Shown here: one piece after another, positions 1-8,688 of the stretch
How the letters are laid out: every line of letters starts with the position of its first letter
How positions within the stretch are numbered: the stretch's first letter is position 1
Assembly: GCA_964244895.1 (NCBI GenBank)
Contig: CAXTKV010000076.1
Span: forward strand, 1-21,787
Length of the DNA stretch: 21,787 bases
Direction: 5' to 3'
From: an uncultured Deinococcales bacterium
GTDB lineage: Bacteria; Deinococcota; Deinococci; Deinococcales; JAAFIG01
Translations under genes and position numbers: made by a program
Notes under the pieces: model-generated
What the model was told of the DNA's origin: nothing
Databases searched by the model: none
What the model saw: the letters and a program-made list of their open reading frames with translations, nothing else

Positions 1-90
1 TCAGGATCAAGAAGCGATCCTGCCCGTGAGGTGCATGTTCAGGATCAAGAAGCGATCCTGCCCGTCAGGTGCATGTTCAGGATCAAGAAG
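1..90. repeat. 38-bp tandem repeat (2 full copies plus a 14-bp partial; may continue left of the window)
   Basis: TCAGGATCAAGAAGCGATCCTGCCCGT(G/C)AGGTGCATGT at 1-38 and 39-76, partial copy at 77-90; internal hairpin CAGGATC-N7-GATCCTG. Confidence 0.9.
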
Positions 91-468
91 GTGCCCTGAC
101 TTTCGAGCAGGAACGGTTTTCTCGAAGAGCAAAAGTGCGCGAGCGAAAGTCTCGCGTTGAACGCCCCGAGCCTGACCACGAAGGATCAACGTGATCGAAA
201 CCATTGCTGAGCGCATTGGGGCGCCATCCGAGGTTGGGCGCGGCTCACCCGTTTTTCTGGTCGCGGTCGTGCGCCGTTGAATCGTGCTGAACGAAGCTGA
301 ACGATCCACCATAAATGCTCAGGGTTCGAGCGACATTGAAGTCCAGTGCGAGAACTGCTGACCGGAAGCACGCCGAAGTTTTGATGCGTTTTTCATTTCT
401 TCGCCCATTCGCTGATCGCGAGCCAGGAGTGCGCTGGGCCTCGAAAAGACCCGAGCGCCGCCAGGAAG

Positions 469-519
469 ACCGTCCAGTGCGGTGTTTTCAAGAATCCGAA
501 ACGTTGCGTGCTGGACGGT
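469..519. repeat. REP-like palindromic element (degenerate pair)
   Basis: ACCGTCCAGTGCG ... CGTGCTGGACGGT inverted arms match the window-wide family. Confidence 0.7.
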
Positions 520-626
520 GCCGCTCGAGCTCCGACCGACCCGAGCGACGCCGCGAAACGCGAACAAATGAAGCCCCGCGCAGACCATCACCTCGAACGA
601 CACCCGATAACCCCGAAGGAGACACC

Positions 627-1667
627 ATGAAACAGCTTCTGATCCTGGCAGGCTGGTTGCTGACTGCGCTCGCAGCCGCCCCCGCATCCGCTCAGGCAAT
701 TGACGGCGCGGGCTCGACCTTCGCTGAACCTTTCTACAACAGGCTTCTCGAGCAGTACGCGCTGGCTGGAAAGCCGCAGGCGCACTACCTTCCCGTCGGT
801 TCCGGCGCGGGCATCGAGCGCATCTTGGAGCGGAGCGTGGACTTCGGGGCGACTGATAGCTTCCTCAGCGATGCGCGCCTGCGTCAGGCTCCGGCTGCTT
901 TATTGCACGTGCCGGTGGCGCTCGGTGCGGTGGCCGTGATTTACAACCTCGGGCTGGACAAACCGCTCAAACTCGATGGCCCGACCATCGCGGAATTGTT
1001 CCTCGGACGGATCAAGAGCTGGAACGATCCGGCCATCGCCGCATTGAATCCCGGCGTGAAACTGCCGAACCTGCTGGTCACGGTCGTGCACCGTTCCGGC
1101 GGCAGCGGAACGACCTCTATTTTCGTGGATTTCCTGGGCAAGACTTCACCGCTCTGGGCAGAAACCGTGTCCATCGGGCCGACCCAACTGGTGTCCTGGC
1201 CGACCGGCCTGAACGCGCCCGGCAACGACGTGCTGGCCGGGCTGGTCAAGCGCACGCCCGGCGCAATCGGCTATTCGGAGTTCGCCACGGCGCTGTTCAA
1301 CCAGGTCGAGTACGCGCTCGTCAAGAACGCCAGCGGGCACTTCGTGGCCCCGAACCCGCAGGGCATCTCGAGCGCCGCCGCGCAGGTTGACCTGCCCGCC
1401 GACACGCGCGTCGGGCTGACCAACGCGGGCGGTAGCGCCTACCCGATCGCGGGCTTCACCTGGGCGCTGGTCTACCGGGATCAGCGCTACGATGGACGCT
1501 CCCTGGAGCGCAGCAAGGCGCTGTCCGGGTTGCTGTGGTGGATCGTCCACGAGGGGCAGGCCTTCGCGGAACCCCTCGGGTACGCCCGTCTGCCCAACGC
1601 GGCGGTGGCTCGCGCCGAGGCGATCATCCGTTCGATGCGGTACGGGAACGCGCCGTGCCTTCCTTGA
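627..1667 (+). CDS. pstS: Phosphate ABC transporter substrate-binding protein PstS
   Basis: ATG at 627 after SD AAGGAG; signal peptide; motifs GAGSTF, GSGAG, DFGATD, VHRSGGSGTT, YPIAGFTW. Confidence 0.93.
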   Translation: MKQLLILAGWLLTALAAAPASAQAIDGAGSTFAEPFYNRLLEQYALAGKPQAHYLPVGSGAGIERILERSVDFGATDSFLSDARLRQAPAALLHVPVALGAVAVIYNLGLDKPLKLDGPTIAELFLGRIKSWNDPAIAALNPGVKLPNLLVTVVHRSGGSGTTSIFVDFLGKTSPLWAETVSIGPTQLVSWPTGLNAPGNDVLAGLVKRTPGAIGYSEFATALFNQVEYALVKNASGHFVAPNPQGISSAAAQVDLPADTRVGLTNAGGSAYPIAGFTWALVYRDQRYDGRSLERSKALSGLLWWIVHEGQAFAEPLGYARLPNAAVARAEAIIRSMRYGNAPCLP

Positions 1668-1752
1668 CCGATTTAACCCCGGTTCGCGCTCGCGCCCGCG
1701 CCGTGCAAGACGGCACTTTCATCAGCCAGGAATCTTTGCGATAATCGCGCTC

Positions 1753-2496
1753 GTGAAAAACCCCATCGTCCGAAGAATCCTGATCGCGTTGGCGCTCGCG
1801 CTGGTGGTGCTGATCATCGGTGTCGCGATCTTCGTCCAACCGATCCCCGCCACGGACGCAGCCAGGGCGGCGCTCTCGAGCAGCGCGACCGTCAAGGTCA
1901 CGGACGCCAGCGACCAGATCAGCTTCGTGCCGACGGGCGCGCCGAAAGCGGGCTTTATTTTTTACCCCGGCGCGAAAGTCGATCCGGTCGCGTACTCGGA
2001 ATCCATCAAAGCCATCGCGCAGGCGGGCTTCGCGGTCTTCGTGGTGAAATTCCCGCTCAATTTTGCCATCGTCGCCCCGAACCGGGCGGACGGCGTGATC
2101 GCCGCCAACCCCAGCATCGCGCGTTGGGCGATCGGTGGGCACAGCCTGGGTGGGGCGACCGCGTGCCTGTACGCGAAGAATTCTGACAAGGTCAAGGCCC
2201 TGATTTTCTGGGCGGCCTACTGCGATAAAAGCTTCGACCTGTCCGCCCGCACGGACGTTCAGGTGACCAGCATTTCCGCCTCGCTGGATGGCCTGGCGAC
2301 GCCCGCCAAGGTCGAATCCACCAAAATCTACGCCCCAGCCAGCACCAAATACGTCGTGATCGAGGGTGGCGACCACGCCCAGTTCGGCGATTACGGCCCG
2401 CAATCCGGCGACAAGCCCGCAACCATCTCGCTCGAGGCGGAGCGAAAACAGGTCGTGACCGCGACCGTCGCGGCGCTCGAAAGGATGCTCAAATAA
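1753..2496 (+). CDS. Membrane-anchored alpha/beta hydrolase (Abhydrolase_5 / carboxymethylenebutenolidase-like)
   Basis: GTG start 7 nt after GATAAT; N-terminal TM helix; FYPGAKV, GGHSLGG nucleophile elbow, DGL, GGDHAQFGDYG. Confidence 0.85.
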   Translation: MKNPIVRRILIALALALVVLIIGVAIFVQPIPATDAARAALSSSATVKVTDASDQISFVPTGAPKAGFIFYPGAKVDPVAYSESIKAIAQAGFAVFVVKFPLNFAIVAPNRADGVIAANPSIARWAIGGHSLGGATACLYAKNSDKVKALIFWAAYCDKSFDLSARTDVQVTSISASLDGLATPAKVESTKIYAPASTKYVVIEGGDHAQFGDYGPQSGDKPATISLEAERKQVVTATVAALERMLK

Positions 2497-2524
2497 GGGT
2501 TTCTCGAGAACCCGAAGGCCAGAA

Positions 2525-2570
2525 AACACCGTCCAGCACGCGTATTTAGGAATGCGTCCCAGACGGTGTT
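2525..2570. repeat. REP-like palindromic element overlapping the ruvX stop codon
   Basis: AACACCGTCCAGCACGCGT ... ATGCGTCCCAGACGGTGTT. Confidence 0.85.
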
Positions 2571-2997
2571 ATTCGATCCGAGGGCGCTTCGAGAGCCACG
2601 TCTCGAGGATCGCCACGGCGCTGGCCTCGTCGGTGTTGCCTTTCTCCTGGCGCTTTTTTTTGCTTTTGCCCATCAGGTTCTGCGTGGCGATGCGGGTGGT
2701 GAAACGCTCGTCCTGAAACGCGACCCGCAACCCGGCAGCCTGAAGCGAGGCCGCGAAGGTGCGCACCCGTTGCGTCTGCGGGCTGTCCGCGCCGTCCGTT
2801 CGGAGCGGCAGTCCGACCACGACGGTTTTCGCGTCCTCTCGGGTCAGAAATTCGCGCACGGCCTCGATGTCCGCCTCGAGCTTTGATCGCGTGTGGTAGC
2901 CGCGCCCGAAGGCGAACCTGCCGTGCGCGTCGCTGGTCGCGAAACCGATGCGGGCCTCGCCCACGTCCAGCGCGATGGCGGGAAGGGAATCAGTCAC
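2569..2997 (-). CDS. ruvX: Holliday junction resolvase-like / pre-16S rRNA nuclease RuvX (YqgF) domain, in frame with prmC
   Basis: ALDVGEARIGFA, VVVGLP, DERFTT, DEASAVAIL motifs; possible independent GTG start at 2997. Confidence 0.88.
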   Translation of the reverse strand: MTDSLPAIALDVGEARIGFATSDAHGRFAFGRGYHTRSKLEADIEAVREFLTREDAKTVVVGLPLRTDGADSPQTQRVRTFAASLQAAGLRVAFQDERFTTRIATQNLMGKSKKKRQEKGNTDEASAVAILETWLSKRPRIE

Positions 2998-3873
2998 GCC
3001 CCGAGTGCCATCGTTCCGGCCTTCGGGCAGGGGAGAAGCTGCTCGTCGGGCGGTCAGGAACCGATCCCGTCCCGTCAAATCCGCGTGAATGACAATGCCG
3101 TCCCAGACGGTGTTCTCGAGTTCTGCCGCGAGCGTTTGGACGTTCCTCGGGTCGAGTTCGAGCGCCAACAGGCCACCGGGATTCAAGTTTTCCTGGGCTT
3201 CCAGCACGATTCTTCTCGCCAGCTTCAGCCCGTCGGAACCCGAAAAAAGCGCCCCGTGCGGGTCGCGCCGCACTTCGGGCTCCAGGTGTTCCAGGTCGGC
3301 TTCCGGCAGGTACGGCGGATTGGAGACGATCGCATCGAACGGTGGCTCGAGATTCCCGATCAGATCACCGTTTTGCACCGTGATTTCAAGGTTCAGGTCG
3401 CGGGCGTTCTCGAGCGCGAGCTTGACGGCTTTCGAGTCGATATCGGTCGCAAAAACGCGCGCCAGGGGCCGTTCGTGTTTGATCGCCAGCGCGATCGCGC
3501 CCGCGCCCGTGCCGATGTCCACCACACGCGCCGTCGGTTGGTCGCGCAACGCCTCCAGCACGATTTCCACCAGCCGTTCCGTCTCGGGTCGCGGCACCAG
3601 CACGCCGGGTTTCACGCGCAGCTCGAGCCCGTAAAAGCCCGATCTTCCCAGAATCCACTGCAACGGTTCGCGCGCTGCACGCCGTTCGACCAGCGACTCG
3701 AGCCTCGCCAGAACGTCCGCCTCGAGTTCCCGGTTGCGCTCCAGGATCGAGTCCGTCCTCGAGAAACCCGTCACGAAACCCAAAAGGGCTTCCGCGTCCA
3801 CGCGCGGACTGGGCACGCCCGCGCGCTCGAGCCGAACCGTGAGCGCTTCGAGGCTTTCAAAAACCGTCGGCAT
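2569..3873 (-). CDS. prmC: Release factor glutamine methyltransferase PrmC (HemK), with no stop before the RuvX domain (PrmC-RuvX fusion frame)
   Basis: RRAAREPLQWILG, VLVPRPETE, DIGTGAG SAM motif, SNPPY, DLTGRDRF; the frame continues to the stop at 2569. Confidence 0.88.
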   Translation of the reverse strand: MPTVFESLEALTVRLERAGVPSPRVDAEALLGFVTGFSRTDSILERNRELEADVLARLESLVERRAAREPLQWILGRSGFYGLELRVKPGVLVPRPETERLVEIVLEALRDQPTARVVDIGTGAGAIALAIKHERPLARVFATDIDSKAVKLALENARDLNLEITVQNGDLIGNLEPPFDAIVSNPPYLPEADLEHLEPEVRRDPHGALFSGSDGLKLARRIVLEAQENLNPGGLLALELDPRNVQTLAAELENTVWDGIVIHADLTGRDRFLTARRAASPLPEGRNDGTRGVTDSLPAIALDVGEARIGFATSDAHGRFAFGRGYHTRSKLEADIEAVREFLTREDAKTVVVGLPLRTDGADSPQTQRVRTFAASLQAAGLRVAFQDERFTTRIATQNLMGKSKKKRQEKGNTDEASAVAILETWLSKRPRIE

Positions 3874-3874
3874 C

Positions 3875-3925
3875 GAGCACACCGTCCTGTACGCAAATAA
3901 GAAATACCGTCCAGGACGGTGTTCT
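3875..3925. repeat. REP-like palindromic element directly upstream of prmC
   Basis: ACACCGTCCTGTACG ... CGTCCAGGACGGTGT. Confidence 0.85.
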
Positions 3926-3935
3926 GGCTTGAGAC

Positions 3936-3963
3936 AAAACCGGGCGAGCCCGAACGCTCGCCC
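3936..3963 (-). terminator. Probable intrinsic terminator after jag
   Basis: Minus strand GGGCGAGC-GTTCGG-GCTCGCCC followed by GGTTTT. Confidence 0.55.
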
Positions 3964-3992
3964 TTCCTTGCGGCTTGTGGCTCACGGCTCTC

Positions 3993-4667
3993 TCAACCTC
4001 TCGACTTGATCACGATCCGGCGCTCGCGGCCTTCCCCGACGGATTCGGTCGTCACGAACGCGTCCTCGCGCAACGCGATGTGAATGATGCGCCGATCGGC
4101 GGCGGTCATCGGGTCGAGTTCGATCTCCTCGCCGCTCTTGCGCACCCGCGCCGCGATGCGCCTCGCCTGCTCCAGCAGGCGCTCCTCGTGGCGTCTTCTG
4201 TAGCCTGCGGCGTCCACGTTGACGCGCGGTGCGCCCTGACCGTGCTCTTTGGCCAGCACGGTGTTCGCCAGGAATTCGATCGCGGCTAGCGTGCGGCCCT
4301 CGCGCCCGATGATCTTGCCGGGATCGCCACCGGTGACTTCGGCGTTGATCGAATCGCTGCGCGCGCGCGCGCTGACGGTGTACCCCGGATCGAGGTGCAT
4401 CAGCATTCCAGAGAGGAAATCCTCGACGATGGCGTCGGCGGACGCGTTTAGCCGGTTGGGGCGCGGTTCGGATTGCATGGTTGGCGTGGTCGCGGGTTCA
4501 TCGCGCCCCGCGCGTGCAAGATCATCGCGGCGCGGTGTGACGGCGCTCACGGCGGGCGTGACGGGACTCGCGGCGGGTGTGGTCGGGATCACGGGTTTCG
4601 AGGTTTCGGCATCGTCGCTGATGCCGAGGTTCTCGAGGTACGCGTCGAGCTTGGTCTTGTCGTCCAT
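3993..4667 (-). CDS. jag: Jag/KhpB RNA-binding protein (KH + R3H domains)
   Basis: GKIIGREGRTL KH motif; DRRIIH R3H motif; ESVGEGRERRIVI; lies downstream of yidC. Confidence 0.9.
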   Translation of the reverse strand: MDDKTKLDAYLENLGISDDAETSKPVIPTTPAASPVTPAVSAVTPRRDDLARAGRDEPATTPTMQSEPRPNRLNASADAIVEDFLSGMLMHLDPGYTVSARARSDSINAEVTGGDPGKIIGREGRTLAAIEFLANTVLAKEHGQGAPRVNVDAAGYRRRHEERLLEQARRIAARVRKSGEEIELDPMTAADRRIIHIALREDAFVTTESVGEGRERRIVIKSRG

Positions 4668-4673
4668 GTCAGA

Positions 4674-4679
4674 AGTCTA
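4674..4679 (-). promoter_or_regulatory. -10 box TAGACT (extended TG) 6 nt before the jag ATG; leaderless
   Basis: Minus strand reads TGA-TAGACT-TCTGAC-ATG with no SD. Confidence 0.65.
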
Positions 4680-4740
4680 TCAGGGCGTGCTATTCCGAAT
4701 CCATTTCTGAGCGTCGATCCGCGTCCTGGAGCCATAAATT

Positions 4741-4958
4741 GCGTGCTGAACGGTGTTCCCGGAGCGGCTCGCGTCCAGCACGGTGTATCAATCGACATTT
4801 TGCGAACCTCAATCCCGAGCAGCGCATCCGGGCGCTCGCGAAGGGTAAATAGACTGTTCGCCCTCGGATGGCAACGACGCCTCGAGATTCGCCCCGACTT
4901 TCGCCGGAGATCCAATCAAAAACGGTGCCCTCGAGCCTCGAGAACACCGCCTGGAACG
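4741..4958. repeat. Scattered REP-like half-sites in the yidC-jag gap
   Basis: GCGTGCTGAACGGTGTT (4741), GCGTCCAGCACGGTGT (4771), CTCGAGAACACCGCCTGGAACG (about 4937). Confidence 0.6.
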
Positions 4959-4968
4959 AACGAAAAGC

Positions 4969-6564
4969 CTACTTCTTGCCGGTCGCCTTCTTGGTGCTGG
5001 GTACATCGGGTGCGATGATCGCGGGTTTGAGCGCCATTTTGGCCTTCAGGGAACGGTTGATCAGGTACTGCTGGCCGACCTGAATGATCGTGGACATCAC
5101 CCAGTACAGCGTCACACCGGACGGGAAGCTCAGCACCAGGTACACGAACACGAGCTGCACGATCAACTGCGTGCGGAACATCTCGGGTTGAGCGCGCGTC
5201 AGCAGGTACGTCTGCAAGACGTTCACGCCGACGTACAGCACGGGCAGGATGAACAAGCCGTTCGGGATCGTATCGGGCAGGGACAGGTCCTTGAGCCACA
5301 AGAAGCCCTGGTCGAACTCGAAGTTCGAGACGACGCGCCACAGCACGATCAGAATCGGCATCTGCAAGAAGAGCGGCAAGCACCCGGCGGCGGGGTTGAC
5401 GCCGTGCTCCTTGTAGAGCGCCATGGTGGATTCCTGGAGCTTGGCGGGGTTGTCCTTGAATTTTTCGCGCAATTTGGTGACTTCGGGCTGGATGGCCTGC
5501 ATCTCGGCGCTCGATTTGAGCTGCGTCTGCATCAACGGCCACATCGCCACGCGCAGCAGGATCGTCAGTGCGATGATCGCCAGACCCCACGATCCGACCA
5601 CGGTGTTCAAAAAGCGCAGGAGCTGAATCAGCAGCAGTGAAAGCTGCCCGAAGATGTTCGGCTGGAAAATGCCCGGCAGGTTCGGGTAGAGGTCTTCCAG
5701 ACTCAATCGCACCAGCTCGTTGAAGCCGCCGTAGATGTGCAGTTTCGTGGTCGCGTCGCCGGGTGCGTTCAGGCTGATGAAGGAACGTTCCACGTCCTCC
5801 GTGCCCTTATCGGTCGTGCGCTTCTCGATGCGCGTGCCAATTTTGGCGGGTATCGCCCCGGCGCTGGTATCGACCGGACGGATGATGATCGCCTCGCCGG
5901 GGCTGCCCAGCAGGCTGGTGCAGCACTGCATGCTGGCGTACCCGAAATCCTTGACCTCGCCCGCTTCCAGTGGTGCGGTCGCACCCTTCTCGAGCGCCTT
6001 GAGTTGCGGTTTGCCGCCGCCCAGGCCCACGAACTCCAGGTCGTAGCGCCCCGATCCGGTCACGCTCACGTCCAGATCGACCGTCAAGCGGCGCGGACGG
6101 ATGCGGTAGGTCTTGGTGACGGTCGCACCGCCCTGACGGTAGGTGAAGCTCGCTTCCATCAGGTCGGGCGTGGCGCTCAGTTTGGGCTTGTCGGTTTGCG
6201 CTTCACCCTTGAGGTTGGTGACGACGGCGCTGGGCGCGCTGATCAGGTTGGGTTTGTTGTTGTACGGGTCGGTCGCGCCCTTGCCGGAGCCGCCGAGCAG
6301 ACCGCCCAGGAAACCGCCCGATTGACCGTTGTAATCGGTGCCCTTGACGATTTTCGTGTACCAGCCGACGATGTCACCTTTATCGTCGAAGGCGATGTCG
6401 GTCAGGTTGGTGACGGCCACGCGATCAAGCTTGCCGTCCTTGTTGACATCCACGTCGATCCATTTGGGTTCGACGATCGCGTGTGCGACGCTCGAGAACA
6501 GCGCGAGCGCGGCGATGACGGCCAACGCGCGCAGGCGAGGGGTGCGGACTGCTCCTACTCTCAT
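4969..6564 (-). CDS. yidC: Membrane protein insertase YidC
   Basis: [51 protein letters not shown] overlaps the yidD stop, SD GGAGG. Confidence 0.95.
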   Translation of the reverse strand: MRVGAVRTPRLRALAVIAALALFSSVAHAIVEPKWIDVDVNKDGKLDRVAVTNLTDIAFDDKGDIVGWYTKIVKGTDYNGQSGGFLGGLLGGSGKGATDPYNNKPNLISAPSAVVTNLKGEAQTDKPKLSATPDLMEASFTYRQGGATVTKTYRIRPRRLTVDLDVSVTGSGRYDLEFVGLGGGKPQLKALEKGATAPLEAGEVKDFGYASMQCCTSLLGSPGEAIIIRPVDTSAGAIPAKIGTRIEKRTTDKGTEDVERSFISLNAPGDATTKLHIYGGFNELVRLSLEDLYPNLPGIFQPNIFGQLSLLLIQLLRFLNTVVGSWGLAIIALTILLRVAMWPLMQTQLKSSAEMQAIQPEVTKLREKFKDNPAKLQESTMALYKEHGVNPAAGCLPLFLQMPILIVLWRVVSNFEFDQGFLWLKDLSLPDTIPNGLFILPVLYVGVNVLQTYLLTRAQPEMFRTQLIVQLVFVYLVLSFPSGVTLYWVMSTIIQVGQQYLINRSLKAKMALKPAIIAPDVPSTKKATGKK

Positions 6565-6971
6565 CGATCCTCCAGAAGACGGCGATCCTGCGCCCGGTTC
6601 CGCGCGGGAACCGGGTCGAGACCGCCGGGGTGAAGCGGGTGACACTTGGAAACGCGTTTGACCGCCAGCCACGCGCCGACCACCGCGCCGTGTTCGCGCA
6701 CGGCTTCGAGCGCGTACTGCGAGCAACTCGGGTAGAAGCGGCAGGTCGGTTGCGCCTTCAGGGGCGATAAAAAGCGCTGGTAGCCCGTGATCGAGGCCAT
6801 CATCGCCCTGGCCGCCAGGCTGGAACGTTCCAGCCTGGCGCCGATCGGGTCGGCGAACGGGTCGATCTGTTTCTCGGGATTCGACGAAAGCACGCTCGAG
6901 GATACGACTGCATCCTCGGGATGGTTGCGGGCGTTCTGTCCCGCTCGGCTTGTATCGTTCTTCGAGGCCAT
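6561..6971 (-). CDS. yidD: Membrane protein insertion efficiency factor YidD (start uncertain; the frame is open to 7064)
   Basis: YQRFLSP...[11 protein letters not shown]...[13 protein letters not shown]. Confidence 0.88.
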   Translation of the reverse strand: MASKNDTSRAGQNARNHPEDAVVSSSVLSSNPEKQIDPFADPIGARLERSSLAARAMMASITGYQRFLSPLKAQPTCRFYPSCSQYALEAVREHGAVVGAWLAVKRVSKCHPLHPGGLDPVPARNRAQDRRLLEDR

Positions 6972-7071
6972 CAGCGCGCTTTCCACAAATCCAGGGTGAC
7001 GGCGCACGGGTTCACGACGGCATTCAAAACGTTTCCCCGCCGTCTTTCCCGCACCACCGTTCACAACCTGC

Positions 7072-7533
7072 CTATCTTAAACCGCTTTTGCTGGCGGCAA
7101 CCCTGAGCGCTTTCACCAAATCCGCGTAGCTCGCGCTGGCTGCTTCCGGCGAGACCACGATCATGGCTTGCACGGCGGGCCAGTCCATTCTGCGCACCGC
7201 CTCGCGCAGCCGACGGCGAATCTTGTTGCGCAGCACGGCCTTGCCGACCTTCTTCGAGACCACGATGCCGCACTGCACTTCGGGCCTGCGTTGAGCCAGC
7301 CAGCGCAGCGTCAATAAGGCCGTGCGCCCCGCCTTGCCCTTGTTTCTGACGCGCCGGAAATCCCGGTCGAGTTTCAGGCTCGAGCAGGGGAGAGGCGTGA
7401 ACCCCTGGGCTGAACCGACCGTCCCGGATGGTGTTTTTGAACTCGCAGAAACACCGTCTGGGGCGGTCTTTTCATCAACACTCGGACGATCAACACGCAG
7501 AGCCCCGAGCGGGTTCTCTCGAGGCTCCGACAT
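7072..7533 (-). CDS. rnpA: Ribonuclease P protein component with an N-terminal extension of about 50 aa
   Basis: [33 protein letters not shown] (RNR motif); downstream of rpmH. Confidence 0.92.
   Translation of the reverse strand: MSEPRENPLGALRVDRPSVDEKTAPDGVSASSKTPSGTVGSAQGFTPLPCSSLKLDRDFRRVRNKGKAGRTALLTLRWLAQRRPEVQCGIVVSKKVGKAVLRNKIRRRLREAVRRMDWPAVQAMIVVSPEAASASYADLVKALRVAASKSGLR
7418..7467. repeat. Tail-to-tail REP-like arm pair inside the rnpA 5' extension
   Basis: ACCGTCCCGGATGGTGTTT ... AAACACCGTCTGGGGCGGT (19-bp arms, 3 mismatches). Confidence 0.7.
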
Positions 7534-7573
7534 GGTTCAAATGCTCCAATCCCGAGGCCAGCTCGGGGCGAGG

Positions 7574-7726
7574 TTACTGGAAGCGCGGGCTCTGGACGGC
7601 GATGCGCTTGCGGCCTTTGGCGCGGCGGCGCTTCAGGACGTTGCGGCCCGTCGCGGTGGACATGCGCTCGCGGAAGCCGTGGGTCTTGGCGCGCTTGCGG
7701 CGGTTGGGTTGCCAGGTACGCTTCAT
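7574..7726 (-). CDS. rpmH: 50S ribosomal protein L34
   Basis: Hand translation [58 protein letters not shown]; not in the ORF track (50 aa). Confidence 0.97.
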   Translation of the reverse strand: MKRTWQPNRRKRAKTHGFRERMSTATGRNVLKRRRAKGRKRIAVQSPRFQ

Positions 7727-7765
7727 GATCTCTCCTCGAGGGTCCCTTTCGGGACAAGCCGTGAG

Positions 7766-7771
7766 AGTGTA
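7766..7771 (-). promoter_or_regulatory. Extended -10 (TGC-TACACT) of the rpmH operon
   Basis: About 40 nt upstream of the rpmH ATG; the leader contains a GTCCC-GAAA-GGGAC hairpin. Confidence 0.6.
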
Positions 7772-7987
7772 GCACGGGGCGAACAGTCAGGCAACCGCAA
7801 CGCTCGAGCCGCTCAGGGAGACTGCGTGGTCAGGGTTGTCCCCTGAATCCAGTCGAGGGTATCTCGCGGTCGTGACCGTCGAAAACACCGCTCTGGGCAA
7901 CGTTTCGCGCCCGAACGACGGCGAAAGATGCTTCGTCATCCCCCATCAGGATGTTCGCAGGATTGGACTCGAGCTTCGGAGCTCGAG

Positions 7988-8033
7988 AACACCGTCCAGC
8001 ACGTTATTTTTGAAACGCGTCCTGGACGGTGTT
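7988..8033. repeat. REP-like palindromic element
   Basis: AACACCGTCCAGCACG ... CGTCCTGGACGGTGTT, 2 nt after the DinB stop. Confidence 0.9.
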
Positions 8034-8035
8034 GC

Positions 8036-8533
8036 TCAATCCTCGAACGGCCCGACCAGATCTGAACCCATGTCTTCGGGCAACGGATGCCCGATCACTC
8101 GGGCCAGCGCCAGCAGTTGACCCTTGTGGTGAAATTCGTGCGTGATCGGGCGCACGACCAGCCAGCGTTGGGTCAATTTCAGGGTTTGCCCGCTCCGGTG
8201 GTGATGCTCGAACATCTCGTCGGGCCGATCAAATGCGTCCAGGGCTTCCTGCAAAAGCGCGTCCACGGCGCTGAAGCGCTCGCGCATGGCGTTCGCGTCG
8301 GGAATCTGGTCGGCGGGGAGCTCGAAACTGGCCCGGTCGCGGTTCAATCCGATCACGCCGACCCAGACCATGTACGCGAACGCCACGTGCGCGTGAATGT
8401 TGCGGATGCTGCCGTAGGCAAAATCGGGTCGCTCGAGGGTGTAGACCTCGTTCGGCAGGCTTTCGGTGAAGGCGAAGAGTTCTTCTCGGGTGCGCCGCGT
8501 CCAGTCGTAGGTCAGTTTCAGGTCGGGGTTCAT
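8036..8533 (-). CDS. DinB/YfiT family protein
   Basis: GSIRNIHAHV and THEFHHKGQL His triad; TAGACT 6 nt before the ATG. Confidence 0.88.
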   Translation of the reverse strand: MNPDLKLTYDWTRRTREELFAFTESLPNEVYTLERPDFAYGSIRNIHAHVAFAYMVWVGVIGLNRDRASFELPADQIPDANAMRERFSAVDALLQEALDAFDRPDEMFEHHHRSGQTLKLTQRWLVVRPITHEFHHKGQLLALARVIGHPLPEDMGSDLVGPFED

Positions 8534-8671
8534 GCCTCGAGTCTACGTGCCGGGAATCTGTGCAACCTGGTCGGCGTCTCGAGCCATCTTTGAGATGGCC
8601 GTACTGCGCGCGTGCTGCCGCGATGGCTTCCCGCAGCTGGCGTTCTCTCATCAACTCGAATCCCGAGCGCG

Positions 8672-8688
8672 TTACGCTAAAAACGTAT
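8672..8688. promoter_or_regulatory. Candidate RDRM (DdrO box)
   Basis: TTACGCTAAAAACGTAT, a 17-bp imperfect palindrome fitting TTAYG-N7-CRTAA, between divergent DinB genes. Confidence 0.45.

Noticed and set aside
1..90. CRISPR array
   Set aside because: The units are contiguous and near-identical with no unique spacers, and no cas genes are visible.
315..626. 104-aa N-terminal extension of PstS in the ORF track
   Set aside because: The SD and signal peptide start at 627, and the upstream region contains a repeat element.
6565..6726. Longer YidC start
   Set aside because: It would overlap the yidD core; the ATG at 6564 has an SD and ATGA coupling.
7727..8035. oriC/dnaA next to rpmH
   Set aside because: No dnaA gene and no DnaA-box (TTATCCACA) cluster seen.
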